Part shown: positions 48,932 through 62,299 of the stretch, piece after piece
Layout of the letters: each line of letters opens with the position of its first letter
How positions within the stretch are numbered: the stretch's first letter is position 1
Assembly: GCA_944385025.1 (NCBI GenBank)
Contig: CALWVQ010000021.1
Location: 15,243-79,242 of the forward strand
DNA length: 64,000 bases
Direction of reading: 5' to 3'
Origin: an uncultured Eubacterium sp.
GTDB lineage: Bacteria > Bacillota > Clostridia > Oscillospirales > Acutalibacteraceae
Translations under genes and position numbers: made by a program
Notes under the pieces: model-generated
Told to the model about the DNA's origin: nothing
Seen by the model: the letters and a program-made list of their open reading frames with translations, nothing else
The model's database searches: none

Positions 48932-49842
48932 TAATCAACCACTCCTATTATATCACTTAATTTTGTAATACCTAATTTTTCGCACTCTTTGGGCAGTGCC
49001 TCAATTATATTTTTGCAAGCGTAAGGCTCAACCAAATTTGCAGCTCCCACTTGAACGGCCGTTGCACCTGCCATCATCATTTCAATAACATTTTGGGCAG
49101 TGGAAACGCCGCCGCAGCCCATAACGGGAATATTACAAGCCTTTGAAACCTGATAAACCATTCTCACAGCCACAGGGAAAATTGCGTCGCCGCTGAAACC
49201 GCCCATTTTATTAGCGATAACAGGCTGTCTTTTTTTCAAATCAATTCGCATACCAAGCATTGTGTTAATAAGACATATACCGTCTGCTCCTGCTTCCTCA
49301 CAAGCTTTAGCAATGGAAACAATATCTGTAACGTTTGGTGAAAGCTTAATAAACACGGGCTTTGTTGTTACGGATTTAACGGCTTTCGTAACTTCTGCGG
49401 CACATTCGGGTGAAGTACCAAAACTCATTCCGCCGCCGTGAACATTGGGACAAGATACGTTTACCTCAAGTATTCCCACCTGATCCTCTTTGTCAAGAAG
49501 ATTGCAGGTGTAAGCGTAATCCTCAACGCTGAAACCAGATACATTTGCAATAACCGGCTTATGAAAATACTCTTTCATTTCAGGCAACTCGTGTTCAATA
49601 ACGTGATGAACTCCGGGATTTTGCAGTCCTACTGCGTTAATCATACCTGATGTGCACTCGGCTATTCTCGGAGTAGGATTGCCGAAACGTGCATCCTTTG
49701 TTGTACCCTTGAAGGAAAAAGAGCCAAGTATGTTAATATCGTAAAAATCTTTAAATTCCTTGCCGAAACCGAAGGTTCCCGAAGCGGGAACAACAGGGTT
49801 ATCCATTTGAAGTCCTGCAAGGTTTACTGACAAATCTACCAT
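48931..49842 (-). CDS. pyrD: Dihydroorotate dehydrogenase B, catalytic subunit
   Basis: 303 aa. [29 protein letters not shown]. It is paired with pyrK. Confidence 0.95.
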   Translation of the reverse strand: MVDLSVNLAGLQMDNPVVPASGTFGFGKEFKDFYDINILGSFSFKGTTKDARFGNPTPRIAECTSGMINAVGLQNPGVHHVIEHELPEMKEYFHKPVIANVSGFSVEDYAYTCNLLDKEDQVGILEVNVSCPNVHGGGMSFGTSPECAAEVTKAVKSVTTKPVFIKLSPNVTDIVSIAKACEEAGADGICLINTMLGMRIDLKKRQPVIANKMGGFSGDAIFPVAVRMVYQVSKACNIPVMGCGGVSTAQNVIEMMMAGATAVQVGAANLVEPYACKNIIEALPKECEKLGITKLSDIIGVVD

Positions 49843-50564
49843 ACAATCTCCTCCCTTACAAGCACGGGACCATCTTTACAAATACGCTTGCTGCCGTATT
49901 TTGTTTTACAGGAACAGCCCATACAAGCACCGAATCCGCATCCCATTCTTTCTTCAAAAGAATACTGACCCGACGTTACTGCTTTTGATTCTATTGCCTT
50001 AAACATGGGCATAGGTCCGCAAGTGTAAAAATAGTCGTAAGCCTCGGGAAAAGCATCTGTAACAAAGCCTTTTATACCGTATGAGCCGTCAACAGTTGTA
50101 ACTCTTACGTCAGCACCCAGCTTTCTAAACTCTTCCTCATAAAAGATTTCATCCTTTGTATTAAAGCCTAAAATTACGGTTGGCTGTTGATTTGCCTCAA
50201 TAAGTTTTTTGCAGAGATTATACATAGGTGGAACGCCTACTCCCCCACCGATAAGGAGGGGGTTTTGACAATCATTGATTGTATAACCGTTGCCAAGACC
50301 TGTTAAAATGTCAAGGCTCTCACCTGCCTGCATCTCTGCCATTTGCTCAGTACCGCTTCCCACTACCTTGTAGATTATAGTAATTGTTTTATCGTCATAA
50401 TCGCATACAGATATAGGTCGGCGCAGAAATTTACCGTCAAGCTTTATGTTGATAAACTGACCGGGAGCAGTGATATACTGCGTATCACCCTCCAGCACCA
50501 TTTTATATACTGATTTTGCAATCAGTTCGTTTAACAATATTTTATAGTTGTTTTGCTTATACAT
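49836..50564 (-). CDS. pyrK: Dihydroorotate dehydrogenase B electron-transfer subunit
   Basis: RRPISV FAD motif, GGGVGVPP, and C-terminal 2Fe-2S cysteines CGFGACMGCSC. The start is taken at ATG 50564 (AAGGAG RBS). Confidence 0.92.
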   Translation of the reverse strand: MYKQNNYKILLNELIAKSVYKMVLEGDTQYITAPGQFINIKLDGKFLRRPISVCDYDDKTITIIYKVVGSGTEQMAEMQAGESLDILTGLGNGYTINDCQNPLLIGGGVGVPPMYNLCKKLIEANQQPTVILGFNTKDEIFYEEEFRKLGADVRVTTVDGSYGIKGFVTDAFPEAYDYFYTCGPMPMFKAIESKAVTSGQYSFEERMGCGFGACMGCSCKTKYGSKRICKDGPVLVREEIVW

Positions 50565-50574
50565 TTTAAGCTCC

Positions 50575-53500
50575 TTACTGTGCGTCAATTGTTGAAACGC
50601 CGAGGGTTATCTCCTCAAGCACATCAAGAAGAACTTTGACAGTATCAAGTGATGTAAACATTGTTACGTTGTTTTCAACTGCCGCTCTTCTGATTTCAGA
50701 ACCGTCGGAGTGAGAGTCGCCTGCGTTAATATCAATTGTATTGATTACGTAAGCGATGTGACCTTGACGAAGAGCGTGCAAAATCTCGTCGCTTTCGTCA
50801 AGTGTAAGTTTTTGACGAACACGTGTTCTTATACCGTGAGATTTGAGATATTTTGCAGTTCCCTCTGTTGCCTCAATATTAAAGCCCAAATCGTAAAAGC
50901 GCTTGATAAGAGGCAGAGCAGTAGGCTTATCCTGATCGGCGATAGTTACAAGAACCGTTCCGTAGTTTGCAACATTAAGTCCTGACGCCTGAATTGCCTT
51001 ATATAATGCTCTTGTGAGAGATGAATCATATCCTATTGCTTCACCTGTTGATTTCATTTCAGGTGAAAGATAGGTATCCATTCCTTTAAGTTTTGAGAAT
51101 GAGAAAGCGGGTGCTTTAACATACCAGCGCTTTTTCTCCTGAGGATATATTTCGTTTATTCCCTGCTCCTTAAGTGAATGGCCTAAAATAACCTGTGTAG
51201 CGATATGAGCCATAGGTACAGAAGTTGCCTTTGACAAGAAAGGAACTGTACGTGAAGAACGGGGGTTTACCTCGATAACGTAAACGTCATCTTTATCGTC
51301 AGCAATAAACTGGATATTATAAAGTCCTATAATTCCGATTGCTTTACCAAGCTTAACTGTGTAGTCAAGAATTTTATCCTTAACTGCCTGTGAAACAGAG
51401 AAAGTAGGATAAATTGAAATTGAGTCACCGGAATGAACACCTGTTTTTTCAACGTGTTCCATAATACCGGGGATAAACACGTCTTCGCCGTCGCAAATAG
51501 CGTCCACCTCAAGTTCTTTACCCATAATATATTTATCAACAAGAACAGGCTGTTCTGTATTAATCTCAACGGCAGTTTGAAGATAGTGGCGAAGTGACTC
51601 CTCGTTAGCAACTATCTGCATTGCACGTCCGCCAAGTACAAATGAAGGACGAACAAGAACAGGATAGCCGATTTCAGCGGCAACACGCACGCCCTCTTCA
51701 ATATCTGTCACAGCAAGTCCTTTTGGCTGAGGTATACCAAGCTGCTCCATAATCTTTTCAAAGCTGTCTCTGTTTTCAGCTCTGTCAATTGCCGTTACGT
51801 CTGTGCCAATAATAGGTACGCCGAGAGCGTCAAGAGGTGGAGCAAGGTTAATTGCTGTCTGACCGCCTAAAGATACTACAATACCCATAGGATTTTCGAG
51901 AGTAATGATATTCATTACATCTTCAACAGTCAACGGCTCAAAATACAGCTTATCAGATGTTGTATAGTCGGTTGAAACAGTTTCGGGGTTATTGTTGATA
52001 ATGATAGCTTCATAGCCAGCCTCGCGTATTGACCAAATTGCGTGAACAGTTGAATAGTCAAACTCAACACCCTGACCGATACGGATAGGACCGGAACCCA
52101 ATACAACAATTTTTTTCTTATCTGATACAACAGACTCGTTTTCTATCTCATAAGTTGAGTAAAAATACGGAACATAGGAATCAAACTCTGATGCACAGGT
52201 ATCAATCATTTTGTAAACAGGCATAATACCGTTTTCTTTTCTCATTTGGAATATTTGAGCAGGAGTCATATTCCACTTTTTGCCGATATATTCGTCAGAT
52301 ACGCCCATTTTCTTTGCGTCTTTAAGAGTTTCTAAATCGCCCTTATTAGCGTCAAGAACCTGCTCAAAGTCAACAATATTCTTAAATTTTTCAAGGAAGA
52401 ACATATCAATCTTTGTGGCGTTATAAATTCTTACAAGGTCAACGCCGAGACGGATAAGCTGTGCGATTGCAAACAGTCTGTCGTCAGTGCCGTTTCTTAT
52501 ATACTTCAAAAGTTCTTCTTCCGTATAGGTGTCAAACTTCTTATCATAGAGGTGGCAAACACCTGTTTCAAGTGAACGTACAGCCTTTAACAGACTTTCT
52601 TCCATCGTTCTGCCGATAGCCATTACCTCGCCCGTTGCTTTCATTTGCGTATTGAGAGTGTTATTTGCATCTGCAAACTTATCAAACGGAAAACGGGCAA
52701 TCTTTGTTACTACGTAGTCGAGAGTCGGCTCAAAAGATGCGGGAGTATTTGCGATAGGAATTTCGTTAAGATACATACCCACAGAAATTTTAGCAGATAC
52801 TCTGGCGATAGGATAACCTGATGCTTTTGAAGCAAGAGCTGATGAACGTGATACTCTTGGATTAACCTCGATAAGATAGTACTGGAAAGAGTGAGGGTCA
52901 AGGGCAAACTGAACGTTACATCCGCCCTCGATTTTAAGTTCTCTGATAATCTTTAATGCAGAGTCACGAAGCATATGATACTCTTTGTTTGTGAGAGTCT
53001 GTGACGGTGCTACTACAACAGAGTCACCTGTATGAACGCCTACTGGGTCAATATTTTCCATATTACAGATGGTAATTGCAGTGTCGTTAGCATCACGCAT
53101 TACCTCGTACTCGATTTCCTTATAACCTTTAATACTCTTCTCAACAAGAACTTGGTGAACAGGAGAAAGAGCAAGAGCATTTTTCATCATAAGAACAAAT
53201 TCTTCCTCATCGTCGGCAAAGCCGCCGCCTGTACCGCCCAAAGTGAACGCAGGACGAAGAACAACAGGAAAACCGATTTTCCTTGCTGCTTCAAGTCCTT
53301 CCTCAAGGCTTTCTGCAATTTCTGAAGGAAGGACAGGTTCGCCGAGGCTTTCGCAGAGTTCCTTGAAAAGCTCTCTGTCCTCCGCACGCTCAATAGCTTC
53401 AAAATTTGTACCGAGAATTTCAACATCGCATTCTTTTAAAATGCCTTTTTTAGCAAGCTGAACTGCCAAGTTAAGACCTGTTTGACCGCCGAGAGAAGGA

Positions 53501-53760
53501 AGAATTGCATCCGGTCTTTCGTGGCGGATAATTCTTGCCACATACTCAAGGTTAAGAGGTTCCATATATACCTTATCGGCAATATCGGTATCGGTCATAA
53601 TTGTTGCAGGGTTTGAGTTAATGAGAACAACCTCATAACCCTCCTCACGAAGAGCAAGGCAAGCCTGCGTTCCCGAATAGTCAAATTCGGCAGCCTGTCC
53701 GATAACAATAGGACCGGAGCCGATTACCAGTATTTTGTGAATGTCGGTTCTTTTAGGCAT
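50575..53760 (-). CDS. carB: Carbamoyl-phosphate synthase large subunit
   Basis: 1061 aa. Duplicated ATP-grasp halves ([21 protein letters not shown] and [17 protein letters not shown]) and an MGS-like C-terminus. Confidence 0.98.
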   Translation of the reverse strand: MPKRTDIHKILVIGSGPIVIGQAAEFDYSGTQACLALREEGYEVVLINSNPATIMTDTDIADKVYMEPLNLEYVARIIRHERPDAILPSLGGQTGLNLAVQLAKKGILKECDVEILGTNFEAIERAEDRELFKELCESLGEPVLPSEIAESLEEGLEAARKIGFPVVLRPAFTLGGTGGGFADDEEEFVLMMKNALALSPVHQVLVEKSIKGYKEIEYEVMRDANDTAITICNMENIDPVGVHTGDSVVVAPSQTLTNKEYHMLRDSALKIIRELKIEGGCNVQFALDPHSFQYYLIEVNPRVSRSSALASKASGYPIARVSAKISVGMYLNEIPIANTPASFEPTLDYVVTKIARFPFDKFADANNTLNTQMKATGEVMAIGRTMEESLLKAVRSLETGVCHLYDKKFDTYTEEELLKYIRNGTDDRLFAIAQLIRLGVDLVRIYNATKIDMFFLEKFKNIVDFEQVLDANKGDLETLKDAKKMGVSDEYIGKKWNMTPAQIFQMRKENGIMPVYKMIDTCASEFDSYVPYFYSTYEIENESVVSDKKKIVVLGSGPIRIGQGVEFDYSTVHAIWSIREAGYEAIIINNNPETVSTDYTTSDKLYFEPLTVEDVMNIITLENPMGIVVSLGGQTAINLAPPLDALGVPIIGTDVTAIDRAENRDSFEKIMEQLGIPQPKGLAVTDIEEGVRVAAEIGYPVLVRPSFVLGGRAMQIVANEESLRHYLQTAVEINTEQPVLVDKYIMGKELEVDAICDGEDVFIPGIMEHVEKTGVHSGDSISIYPTFSVSQAVKDKILDYTVKLGKAIGIIGLYNIQFIADDKDDVYVIEVNPRSSRTVPFLSKATSVPMAHIATQVILGHSLKEQGINEIYPQEKKRWYVKAPAFSFSKLKGMDTYLSPEMKSTGEAIGYDSSLTRALYKAIQASGLNVANYGTVLVTIADQDKPTALPLIKRFYDLGFNIEATEGTAKYLKSHGIRTRVRQKLTLDESDEILHALRQGHIAYVINTIDINAGDSHSDGSEIRRAAVENNVTMFTSLDTVKVLLDVLEEITLGVSTIDAQ

Positions 53761-53761
53761 A

Positions 53762-54850
53762 TTACTGTTCCTCCTTTTCCATCAGTTTAATAAATTCATC
53801 AAAGAGATAACCGCTGTCCTGAGGACCGGGAGCACTTTCAGGATGATACTGCACTGAAAACAGCTTGTCCTTTTCGCACTTAACTCCCTCTGCCGTATCA
53901 TCAAGCAAATTGCCGTGAGTCAATGTTAAATCCGTATTTTCAAGGGATTTAACGTCAACGGCGTAAGAGTGGTTTTGTGAAGTAATTTCAATCTTACCTG
54001 TGGCAAAATTCATTACAGGGTGGTTACCGCCTCTGTGTCCGAATTTCATTTTAAATGTTTTTGCTCCAAGGGCAAGAGAAATCATCTGATGACCAAGGCA
54101 AATTCCAAATATAGGAAGCTTTCCCTTAAGCTCTCTTACTACGCTTATAACTTCCTGAACGTCCTCCGGGTTTCCGGGTCCGTTAGAAAGGAACAATCCG
54201 TCGGGACGCATTTTTAAAATTTCTTCTGCAGTTGTGTTATAAGGCACAACAGTAACGTTACAACCTTTTTCATTAAGTTTTCTGATAATGTTATGCTTGA
54301 TTCCGCAGTCAATAGCTACTACGTCAAACCTATGATTCGGAGTACGGGAATACCAGCGCTTTTTACAGCTTACCCTTGACACCATATCGGTAGGAATAAC
54401 GTATTCTTTAACTTTTTTTAACGCCTCTTCGTAAGGGACGTCAGCATCGCAGATGATAACTTTTTGAGAGCCTTCATCACGAATAATTCTTGTTATCATT
54501 CGGGTATCAACGCCGCTGATACCGGGAATATTATACTCGTCAAGTACCTCTGACAAAGTTTTTGTATAGCGGAAATTTGACGGTAAATCGTTATACTCCC
54601 TTACAATAAGACCGCCCATTGTGGGAACTTTTGTTTCGTAGTCTTCATCAGTCATACCGTAGTTACCTATAAGGGGATAAGTCATACAAACCATTTGGTC
54701 TGTATAACTGGGGTCAGAAATAATTTCTTGATAACCCACCATTGAGGTATTAAAAACGATTTCATTGATTGCCTCTTTATCGGCGCCGAAACCGTAACCG
54801 TAAAACTCTTTGCCGTTTTCAAGGACAATTTTTTTATCATATGCCTTCAT
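53762..54850 (-). CDS. carA: Carbamoyl-phosphate synthase small (glutaminase) subunit
   Basis: Class I GATase triad region GICLGHQ and HPE. The start is taken at ATG 54850 (GAGAGGAGAGG RBS), overlapping the pyrC 3' end by 14 nt. Confidence 0.96.
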   Translation of the reverse strand: MKAYDKKIVLENGKEFYGYGFGADKEAINEIVFNTSMVGYQEIISDPSYTDQMVCMTYPLIGNYGMTDEDYETKVPTMGGLIVREYNDLPSNFRYTKTLSEVLDEYNIPGISGVDTRMITRIIRDEGSQKVIICDADVPYEEALKKVKEYVIPTDMVSRVSCKKRWYSRTPNHRFDVVAIDCGIKHNIIRKLNEKGCNVTVVPYNTTAEEILKMRPDGLFLSNGPGNPEDVQEVISVVRELKGKLPIFGICLGHQMISLALGAKTFKMKFGHRGGNHPVMNFATGKIEITSQNHSYAVDVKSLENTDLTLTHGNLLDDTAEGVKCEKDKLFSVQYHPESAPGPQDSGYLFDEFIKLMEKEEQ

Positions 54851-56111
54851 ATACAACCTCTCCTCTCAATATGGTTAAAAGGTTTTCACCTTGAAGTTTC
54901 CAGTTTTCAAAAGGCGTGGCTCTGCCCATTGTAACAAAATTATCAGGGTCCACCGTCCACTCCTTATCAACATCAATCAAAGCAAGATTTGCAGGAGCTC
55001 CCTCTTTAATTTCTCCGCCCTCGATGCCGAATATCTCTCTGGGTCTGACGCTCATAAGCTCCACAAGCTTTTCTAAAGTTATTACACCTGTTTTAACAAG
55101 CTTTGTGTTTAATACGGCAAATGCCGTTTCAAGCCCCACAACGCCCATCGCCGATTTGGCAAGACCTCTTGATTTTTCATCTTTAGAATGAGGCGCGTGA
55201 TCGGTTGCAATAACGTCAACAGTTCCGTCAAGTACACCTTGAACAAGAGCCTGCATATCCTCCTTAGCTCTTAACGGAGGATTCATTTTAAATCTGCCGT
55301 CCTCCTGCAAATCCGCATCGCACATAGTAAGATAATGCGGACCTGTTTCACAGGTTACATTTACACCGTCAGCCTTTGCCTTGCGTATAATATCAACGCT
55401 TTCTTTAGTCGAGATGTGACAAACGTGGTACTTACAGCCCGTTTCCTTAGCGAGCCTGCAATCCCTTTCTATCTGTTCCCATTCAGACTGTGAGCAGATG
55501 CCTTTGTGGTTATGCTGTTTGGCATATTCGCCGTCGTGGATATAACCGCCTTTTAAGAGGTCGTTTACCTCGCAGTGAGCAGATATAATTTTTCCCAGTT
55601 TTTTACACTCTGTCATTGCCTGACGCATAAGTTCTTCAGTCTGAACGCCTGTGCCGTCGTCGCTGAAGCCCACAACACTATCTGAAATTGATTTAAAATC
55701 AATTATCTCGCCGTTTCCTTTTCTGCCCTTTGTTATCGTGCCGAAAGGAAGAACGTCAATTACTGCGTCCCTGTCGATTATATCTGTCTGAACCTTAAGA
55801 TTTTCAGCACAGTCAGGAGGCGGATTAAGATTGGGCATAGAGCAAAGCACATTATATCCCGCCTTTGCCCCCGCTAAAGTTCCTGTCTTAATTGTCTCCT
55901 TATAAGAAAAACCGGGCTCACGAAGATGTGTATGAACATCAACGAATCCCGGAATTAAAAAATACTTATCCTGTGCGTCAATTATGCGGTCAGCTGTATC
56001 ACAAGAAACAGAAATACCAAGGCTGTGAATTTTGCCGTCTTTTATAAGAACGTCTGACTTTTTAAAAGTTTTATCCAAATATGTCAAAGCATTTTTTATC
56101 AGCAAAGTCAT
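54837..56111 (-). CDS. pyrC: Dihydroorotase
   Basis: 424 aa. Amidohydrolase motifs PGFVDVHTHLREPG and ATDHAPH. Confidence 0.95.
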   Translation of the reverse strand: MTLLIKNALTYLDKTFKKSDVLIKDGKIHSLGISVSCDTADRIIDAQDKYFLIPGFVDVHTHLREPGFSYKETIKTGTLAGAKAGYNVLCSMPNLNPPPDCAENLKVQTDIIDRDAVIDVLPFGTITKGRKGNGEIIDFKSISDSVVGFSDDGTGVQTEELMRQAMTECKKLGKIISAHCEVNDLLKGGYIHDGEYAKQHNHKGICSQSEWEQIERDCRLAKETGCKYHVCHISTKESVDIIRKAKADGVNVTCETGPHYLTMCDADLQEDGRFKMNPPLRAKEDMQALVQGVLDGTVDVIATDHAPHSKDEKSRGLAKSAMGVVGLETAFAVLNTKLVKTGVITLEKLVELMSVRPREIFGIEGGEIKEGAPANLALIDVDKEWTVDPDNFVTMGRATPFENWKLQGENLLTILRGEVVYEGI

Positions 56112-56142
56112 AGTCTTTATTCCTTCCTTACATATTCAACTA

Positions 56143-56172
56143 ATTATAATATATTTTCTCCCCTCAAGTCAA
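56143..56172 (-). promoter_or_regulatory. Sigma-A-type promoter of the pyr operon
   Basis: The minus strand reads TTGACT, 18 nt, TATAAT. The leader to the pyrC ATG is only about 30 nt and contains just the AAGGAAGGA RBS. Confidence 0.55.
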
Positions 56173-56258
56173 CATAAAAATATTTAATATACCTATTTAC
56201 TTTAAATATCGTTTATAATATAATTTATTTGATTTCTTTCAAAAAGGGGGCTTTTCAA

Positions 56259-57623
56259 ATGAAACTTTCCGTTATAGGCGGAGGCGGAGTACGTTCAATG
56301 TTTTTGGCAAAAAGTATTGCTCAAAAAGCTGAACAGCTTGGCATCAGTCGTCTTGTATTTATGGACAATGATACTGAAAAGCTTAATATATACGGTAAAA
56401 TGGCAAAAAAGGTATCTGAACTCTTATGCCCCGATCTTGAATTTATTCTTACAACCAACGCCGAAGAGGCAATTACCGACGCTGACTACATAATCACCAC
56501 AATAAGAGTGGGCGGCGACGAAATGAGAGTAAGAGACGAGCGAATTGCCCTTAATCTCGGACTTTTAGGACAGGAAACAACAGGTGCGGCAGGATTAAGC
56601 TTTGCAATGCGAAGTGTCAGCAAGCTGGCTGAATACTGTGAACTTGTGAAGAAATATGCAAAACCCAACTGCAAGGTGTTTAATTTCACTAATCCTGCAG
56701 GGGTAGTAAGTCAGACACTACGTGATATGGGGTATGATTTTACATACGGTATCTGCGACGCACCGTCAGGTATGCTCAGAACTTTTGAAAAGCTTTACGG
56801 TGCTGAAGAAGGAAGTGCAAAGGGCGAAGTATACGGACTTAACCACCTGTCGTATTTCAGTTCAATCAAAATAAACGGCAAAGAAATTATGGATGAGCTT
56901 ATTGAAAACGACAGAGCTTACGAAGAAACCGATATGCGTTACTTTGAGAAAAAGCTGCTTAAAGAAAGAGGATGCGTTTTAAACGAGTACCTGTACTACT
57001 TCTATTACCGTGAAAAAGCTATCGAAAACATTATTAAGGCTGACAAAACAAGAGGCGAGCAGATTTGCGCAATTAACAGGCAAATGACTAAAGCCCTTAA
57101 GAAGATTGATATTGACAAAGACTTTGACAAAGCGTTAGAAATATTTGAATACTGGTACGGCTTGAGAGAAAACAACTATATGGCAAGCGAAACCGGTGTT
57201 AAAAGAACGCAGCCGTGGCACTTTGATATATACCAAAAAGACAGCGGAGGATACGCAGGAGTTGCCCTTAACTTTATTGAAATTATAAACAGTAAAAAAG
57301 AAGGGTCAATGATTTTATGCGTACCAAACGGCAATGCAATAAACGGACTTAAGGAAAGCGACGTTGTGGAAGTCACCTGTGACATTACAAAAGACGGAGC
57401 AAAGCCCCACCATTTCGGCGACGTGGACGAAGAAAATCTTGAACTGATAAGAAGAGTAAAAATTTATGAACGACTGGCAAGTCAGGCAATAAGAGAAAAG
57501 TCAAAACAGAAGGCAGTTGAGGCACTGACGCTTCATCCGCTGGTAAACAGTTATTCCCTTGCCTGTCAGCTGATTGACAAATATTTGGAGCTTAACAAAG
57601 AATATACGGGAGAGTGGAAATAA
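56259..57623 (+). CDS. Glycoside hydrolase family 4 (NAD/Mn-dependent 6-phospho-glycosidase-like)
   Basis: The start is taken at ATG 56259 (AAGGGGG RBS). N-terminal Rossmann motif MKLSVIGGGGVRS, plus FTNPAG and GICDAP, typical of GH4. Confidence 0.82.
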   Translation: MKLSVIGGGGVRSMFLAKSIAQKAEQLGISRLVFMDNDTEKLNIYGKMAKKVSELLCPDLEFILTTNAEEAITDADYIITTIRVGGDEMRVRDERIALNLGLLGQETTGAAGLSFAMRSVSKLAEYCELVKKYAKPNCKVFNFTNPAGVVSQTLRDMGYDFTYGICDAPSGMLRTFEKLYGAEEGSAKGEVYGLNHLSYFSSIKINGKEIMDELIENDRAYEETDMRYFEKKLLKERGCVLNEYLYYFYYREKAIENIIKADKTRGEQICAINRQMTKALKKIDIDKDFDKALEIFEYWYGLRENNYMASETGVKRTQPWHFDIYQKDSGGYAGVALNFIEIINSKKEGSMILCVPNGNAINGLKESDVVEVTCDITKDGAKPHHFGDVDEENLELIRRVKIYERLASQAIREKSKQKAVEALTLHPLVNSYSLACQLIDKYLELNKEYTGEWK

Positions 57624-58534
57624 TGAGTTTTATAGCAGGCGCAGGTGCAACAAACATCGACCTTTTATATCAGGGATTTGAAAGACTTGCAGGCGTAGGA
57701 GAAGAGCTTTACTGCAAAGATTTCTCTTTACAGCTTGGCGGCGGACTTCCCGCAACGCTTATTAATTTGTCAAGGCTGGGAATACCAACTAAAATAGCCA
57801 CGGAACTCGGAACAGACATTTTTTCGGAGTTTGCAAAAAAGAAATTTACGGAAAACGGTGTTTCTCCGACAAACTTATATGACGGAGAAGATATTCCTCT
57901 TAACATTACATCCGCTATAATTTTGCCGAAGGACAGAACATTCTATACATACGGTAAAGGCTCTATTGAGCCTAACGACAATGCTCTTGAAACATTTTAC
58001 AATATTGCAAAAGGCAGTAAAATCTGTATGATGCAGCTTGGCGGTTTTCTCCCTGTTTACAAAAAGCTGAAAGAAGAAGGCACAATACTTGTGCTTGATA
58101 CCGGCTGGGATGATGATATGAGCTTTGAAAAGTATAACGACTATTTGGAGCTTGCAGACTATTACACACCAAACAGAAAAGAAGCGCTGAAAATCACGGG
58201 CGCAGATAACGAAAAGGATGCAGCATACGCCCTCAAAAAATATTTTGACAAGGTTGTAGTTAAAGTTGACGCTGACGGATGTATCGGAATTGACGGTAAC
58301 GACTATTTCTTTGTTAAGAGTGTTGAGGAGTTTAAGAATGTTGACTCAACAGGTGCAGGAGATGCGTTTTTATCAGGTTTTATGTATGGCATATTTAACG
58401 ATATGAGCCTAAAAGACTGTATTGAATTCGGTAACATAACAGGCGGCAAAGCTGTAACTGCAGTAGGTGCGTTAAGCGCATACGTAAACAAAGAGCAGCT
58501 GCTTGAAATCAAAAAAAGAGTATACGCAGAGTGA
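57623..58534 (+). CDS. PfkB-family carbohydrate kinase
   Basis: Its ATG is in a TAATG overlap with the GH4 stop. GG motif LQLGGGLPAT and DSTGAGDAF. Confidence 0.82.
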   Translation: MSFIAGAGATNIDLLYQGFERLAGVGEELYCKDFSLQLGGGLPATLINLSRLGIPTKIATELGTDIFSEFAKKKFTENGVSPTNLYDGEDIPLNITSAIILPKDRTFYTYGKGSIEPNDNALETFYNIAKGSKICMMQLGGFLPVYKKLKEEGTILVLDTGWDDDMSFEKYNDYLELADYYTPNRKEALKITGADNEKDAAYALKKYFDKVVVKVDADGCIGIDGNDYFFVKSVEEFKNVDSTGAGDAFLSGFMYGIFNDMSLKDCIEFGNITGGKAVTAVGALSAYVNKEQLLEIKKRVYAE

Positions 58535-58554
58535 TAAAGATAAAACAGGATAAT

Positions 58555-58584
58555 AAAGAGCTTCACCTTTCGGTGAAGCTCTTT
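58555..58584. terminator. Bidirectional rho-independent terminator
   Basis: 13-bp stem aaagagcttcacc/ggtgaagctcttt with a tttc loop, between convergent genes. Confidence 0.8.
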
Positions 58585-58589
58585 ATATT

Positions 58590-60116
58590 TTATTTCATAG
58601 CGTTTACTTTTTCAAACTCATCTATAATTTCCTTTTCAGGTTTTGGAGTGCAGAGAGATACAACAATATTAACAACAAGACCTGTTATAAACGCAGGTAA
58701 AAGCTCATAAACATTCAACACTTCTGTAGTTTGGGAAATAACAAATTTCCAAAGGAATACCATAATTCCGCCTGCAATCATACCTGCTACTGCACCGTAC
58801 TTATTAGAGCGTTTCCAGAAAAGAGCAAGGAGCATTACCGGACCGAATGCAGCACCGAAGCCTGCCCAAGCAAAAGAAACGATACCGAATACGGAAGAGT
58901 TAGAATCCCAAGCAATGACAACACCGACTACTGAAATGAGCAAAAGCACGCCGCGCGCCACAAGCATTTTAGTTTTTTCAGAAATATTCTTTTTAATAAT
59001 GTTACCTAAAATGTTTTCGCTGGCAGATGAAGAAGCGGCAAGCAGCTGACTGTCCGCAGTTGACATTGTGCTGGCAAGAATACCTGAAATTATAACACCT
59101 GCGGCGATTGCAAATACAGCGCCCTGTTTTGAAAGAAGTTCTGCAATATTAATAACAATAGTTTCACTGTCAACAAGAGGAGCAATGGAGTTGTTGGCAA
59201 CCATAGCAAGACCTACAACGCCGATCAGTATACCAACGCTCATAGTAATTACTGCCCAAATACTTGCAACTCTTCTTGAAATTGCAATTTTTTTAGGATT
59301 TTCAATTGCCATAAATCTGAGAAGAATATGGGGCATACCGAAATATCCAAGTCCCCACGCAAGAGTGGATACTATACTTAAAGGACTGTAACTCTTTGAA
59401 GTTAAGGTTTCGGGAACGTGAACGTCAAGCATTGAAAGATAACCGTCAAGTGACTTTGCATTTGCCACAACGGCATCCCATCCTCCTGCCTGATTAATGC
59501 CGAAAGCAAGAACGATAACAAGGGCAACAGTCATAACAATTGACTGAATAAAGTCGGTGGTTGACGCTGCGTTAAATCCTCCCAGCATTGTGTATCCGAC
59601 AATTACAACAGCAGATGCCACCATTGCAACGTGATAATCAATACCGAAAAGTGTGCTGAAAAGCTTTCCGCAGGCGGCAAATCCTGATGCTGTGTAGGGA
59701 ACGAAAAACACAATAATTATAATAGCCGAAAAAATCATAAGCAGATTTTTCTTTTCCCTGTATCTGTTAGAGAAGAAATCGGGAATTGTAATTGAATTAT
59801 TGCAGGCTGAGTAGTTACGCAGTCTTTTAGCAACTATAAGCCAGTTAAGATATGTACCCAGTGCCAAACCGATGGCAGTCCATCCTGCGTCACAAATACC
59901 GGAAAGATACGCTACGCCGGGCAAACCCATTAGAAGCCAAGAGCTCATATCAGACGCTTCTGCACTCATTGCAGTAACAAGAGGCCCAAGTCTTCTGCCG
60001 CCGAGATAAAAATCACCTACGTTTTTTGTCTGTTTTGAGTATATAGCACCTATCACAATCATCAATGCAAGATAAACTACTATAACTACCATTATAAGTA
60101 TCTGGGCTGTTTCCAT
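58590..60116 (-). CDS. putP: Sodium/proline symporter (SSF family)
   Basis: 508 aa. DFYLGGRRLGPLVTAMSAEASDMSSWLLMGLPG is typical of PutP. 13 TM segments. Confidence 0.85.
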   Translation of the reverse strand: METAQILIMVVIVVYLALMIVIGAIYSKQTKNVGDFYLGGRRLGPLVTAMSAEASDMSSWLLMGLPGVAYLSGICDAGWTAIGLALGTYLNWLIVAKRLRNYSACNNSITIPDFFSNRYREKKNLLMIFSAIIIIVFFVPYTASGFAACGKLFSTLFGIDYHVAMVASAVVIVGYTMLGGFNAASTTDFIQSIVMTVALVIVLAFGINQAGGWDAVVANAKSLDGYLSMLDVHVPETLTSKSYSPLSIVSTLAWGLGYFGMPHILLRFMAIENPKKIAISRRVASIWAVITMSVGILIGVVGLAMVANNSIAPLVDSETIVINIAELLSKQGAVFAIAAGVIISGILASTMSTADSQLLAASSSASENILGNIIKKNISEKTKMLVARGVLLLISVVGVVIAWDSNSSVFGIVSFAWAGFGAAFGPVMLLALFWKRSNKYGAVAGMIAGGIMVFLWKFVISQTTEVLNVYELLPAFITGLVVNIVVSLCTPKPEKEIIDEFEKVNAMK

Positions 60117-60189
60117 TATTTCTCCTCCAAATAATAAAATAAGGCGTTAATAACGCCCTATTTTATCACATCACTTAATTTTTGTAAAG

Positions 60190-62291
<2,102 letters not shown>

Positions 62292-62299
<8 letters not shown>

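Noticed and set aside
56112-56258. Searched the pyrC/GH4 divergent region for a PyrR attenuator, a riboswitch or a cre site (for example TAAATATCGTTTATA).
   Set aside because: There are no stable alternative hairpins. The pyr leader is only about 30 nt. The cre-like string lacks the conserved TG...CA ends. No convincing -35 was found for the GH4 promoter, so it was not annotated.
60137-60165. Possible terminator after abfA (ggcgt taata acgcc).
   Set aside because: The stem is only 5 bp. It is followed by a U-rich tract, so it may function, but it is too weak to list as a feature with confidence.
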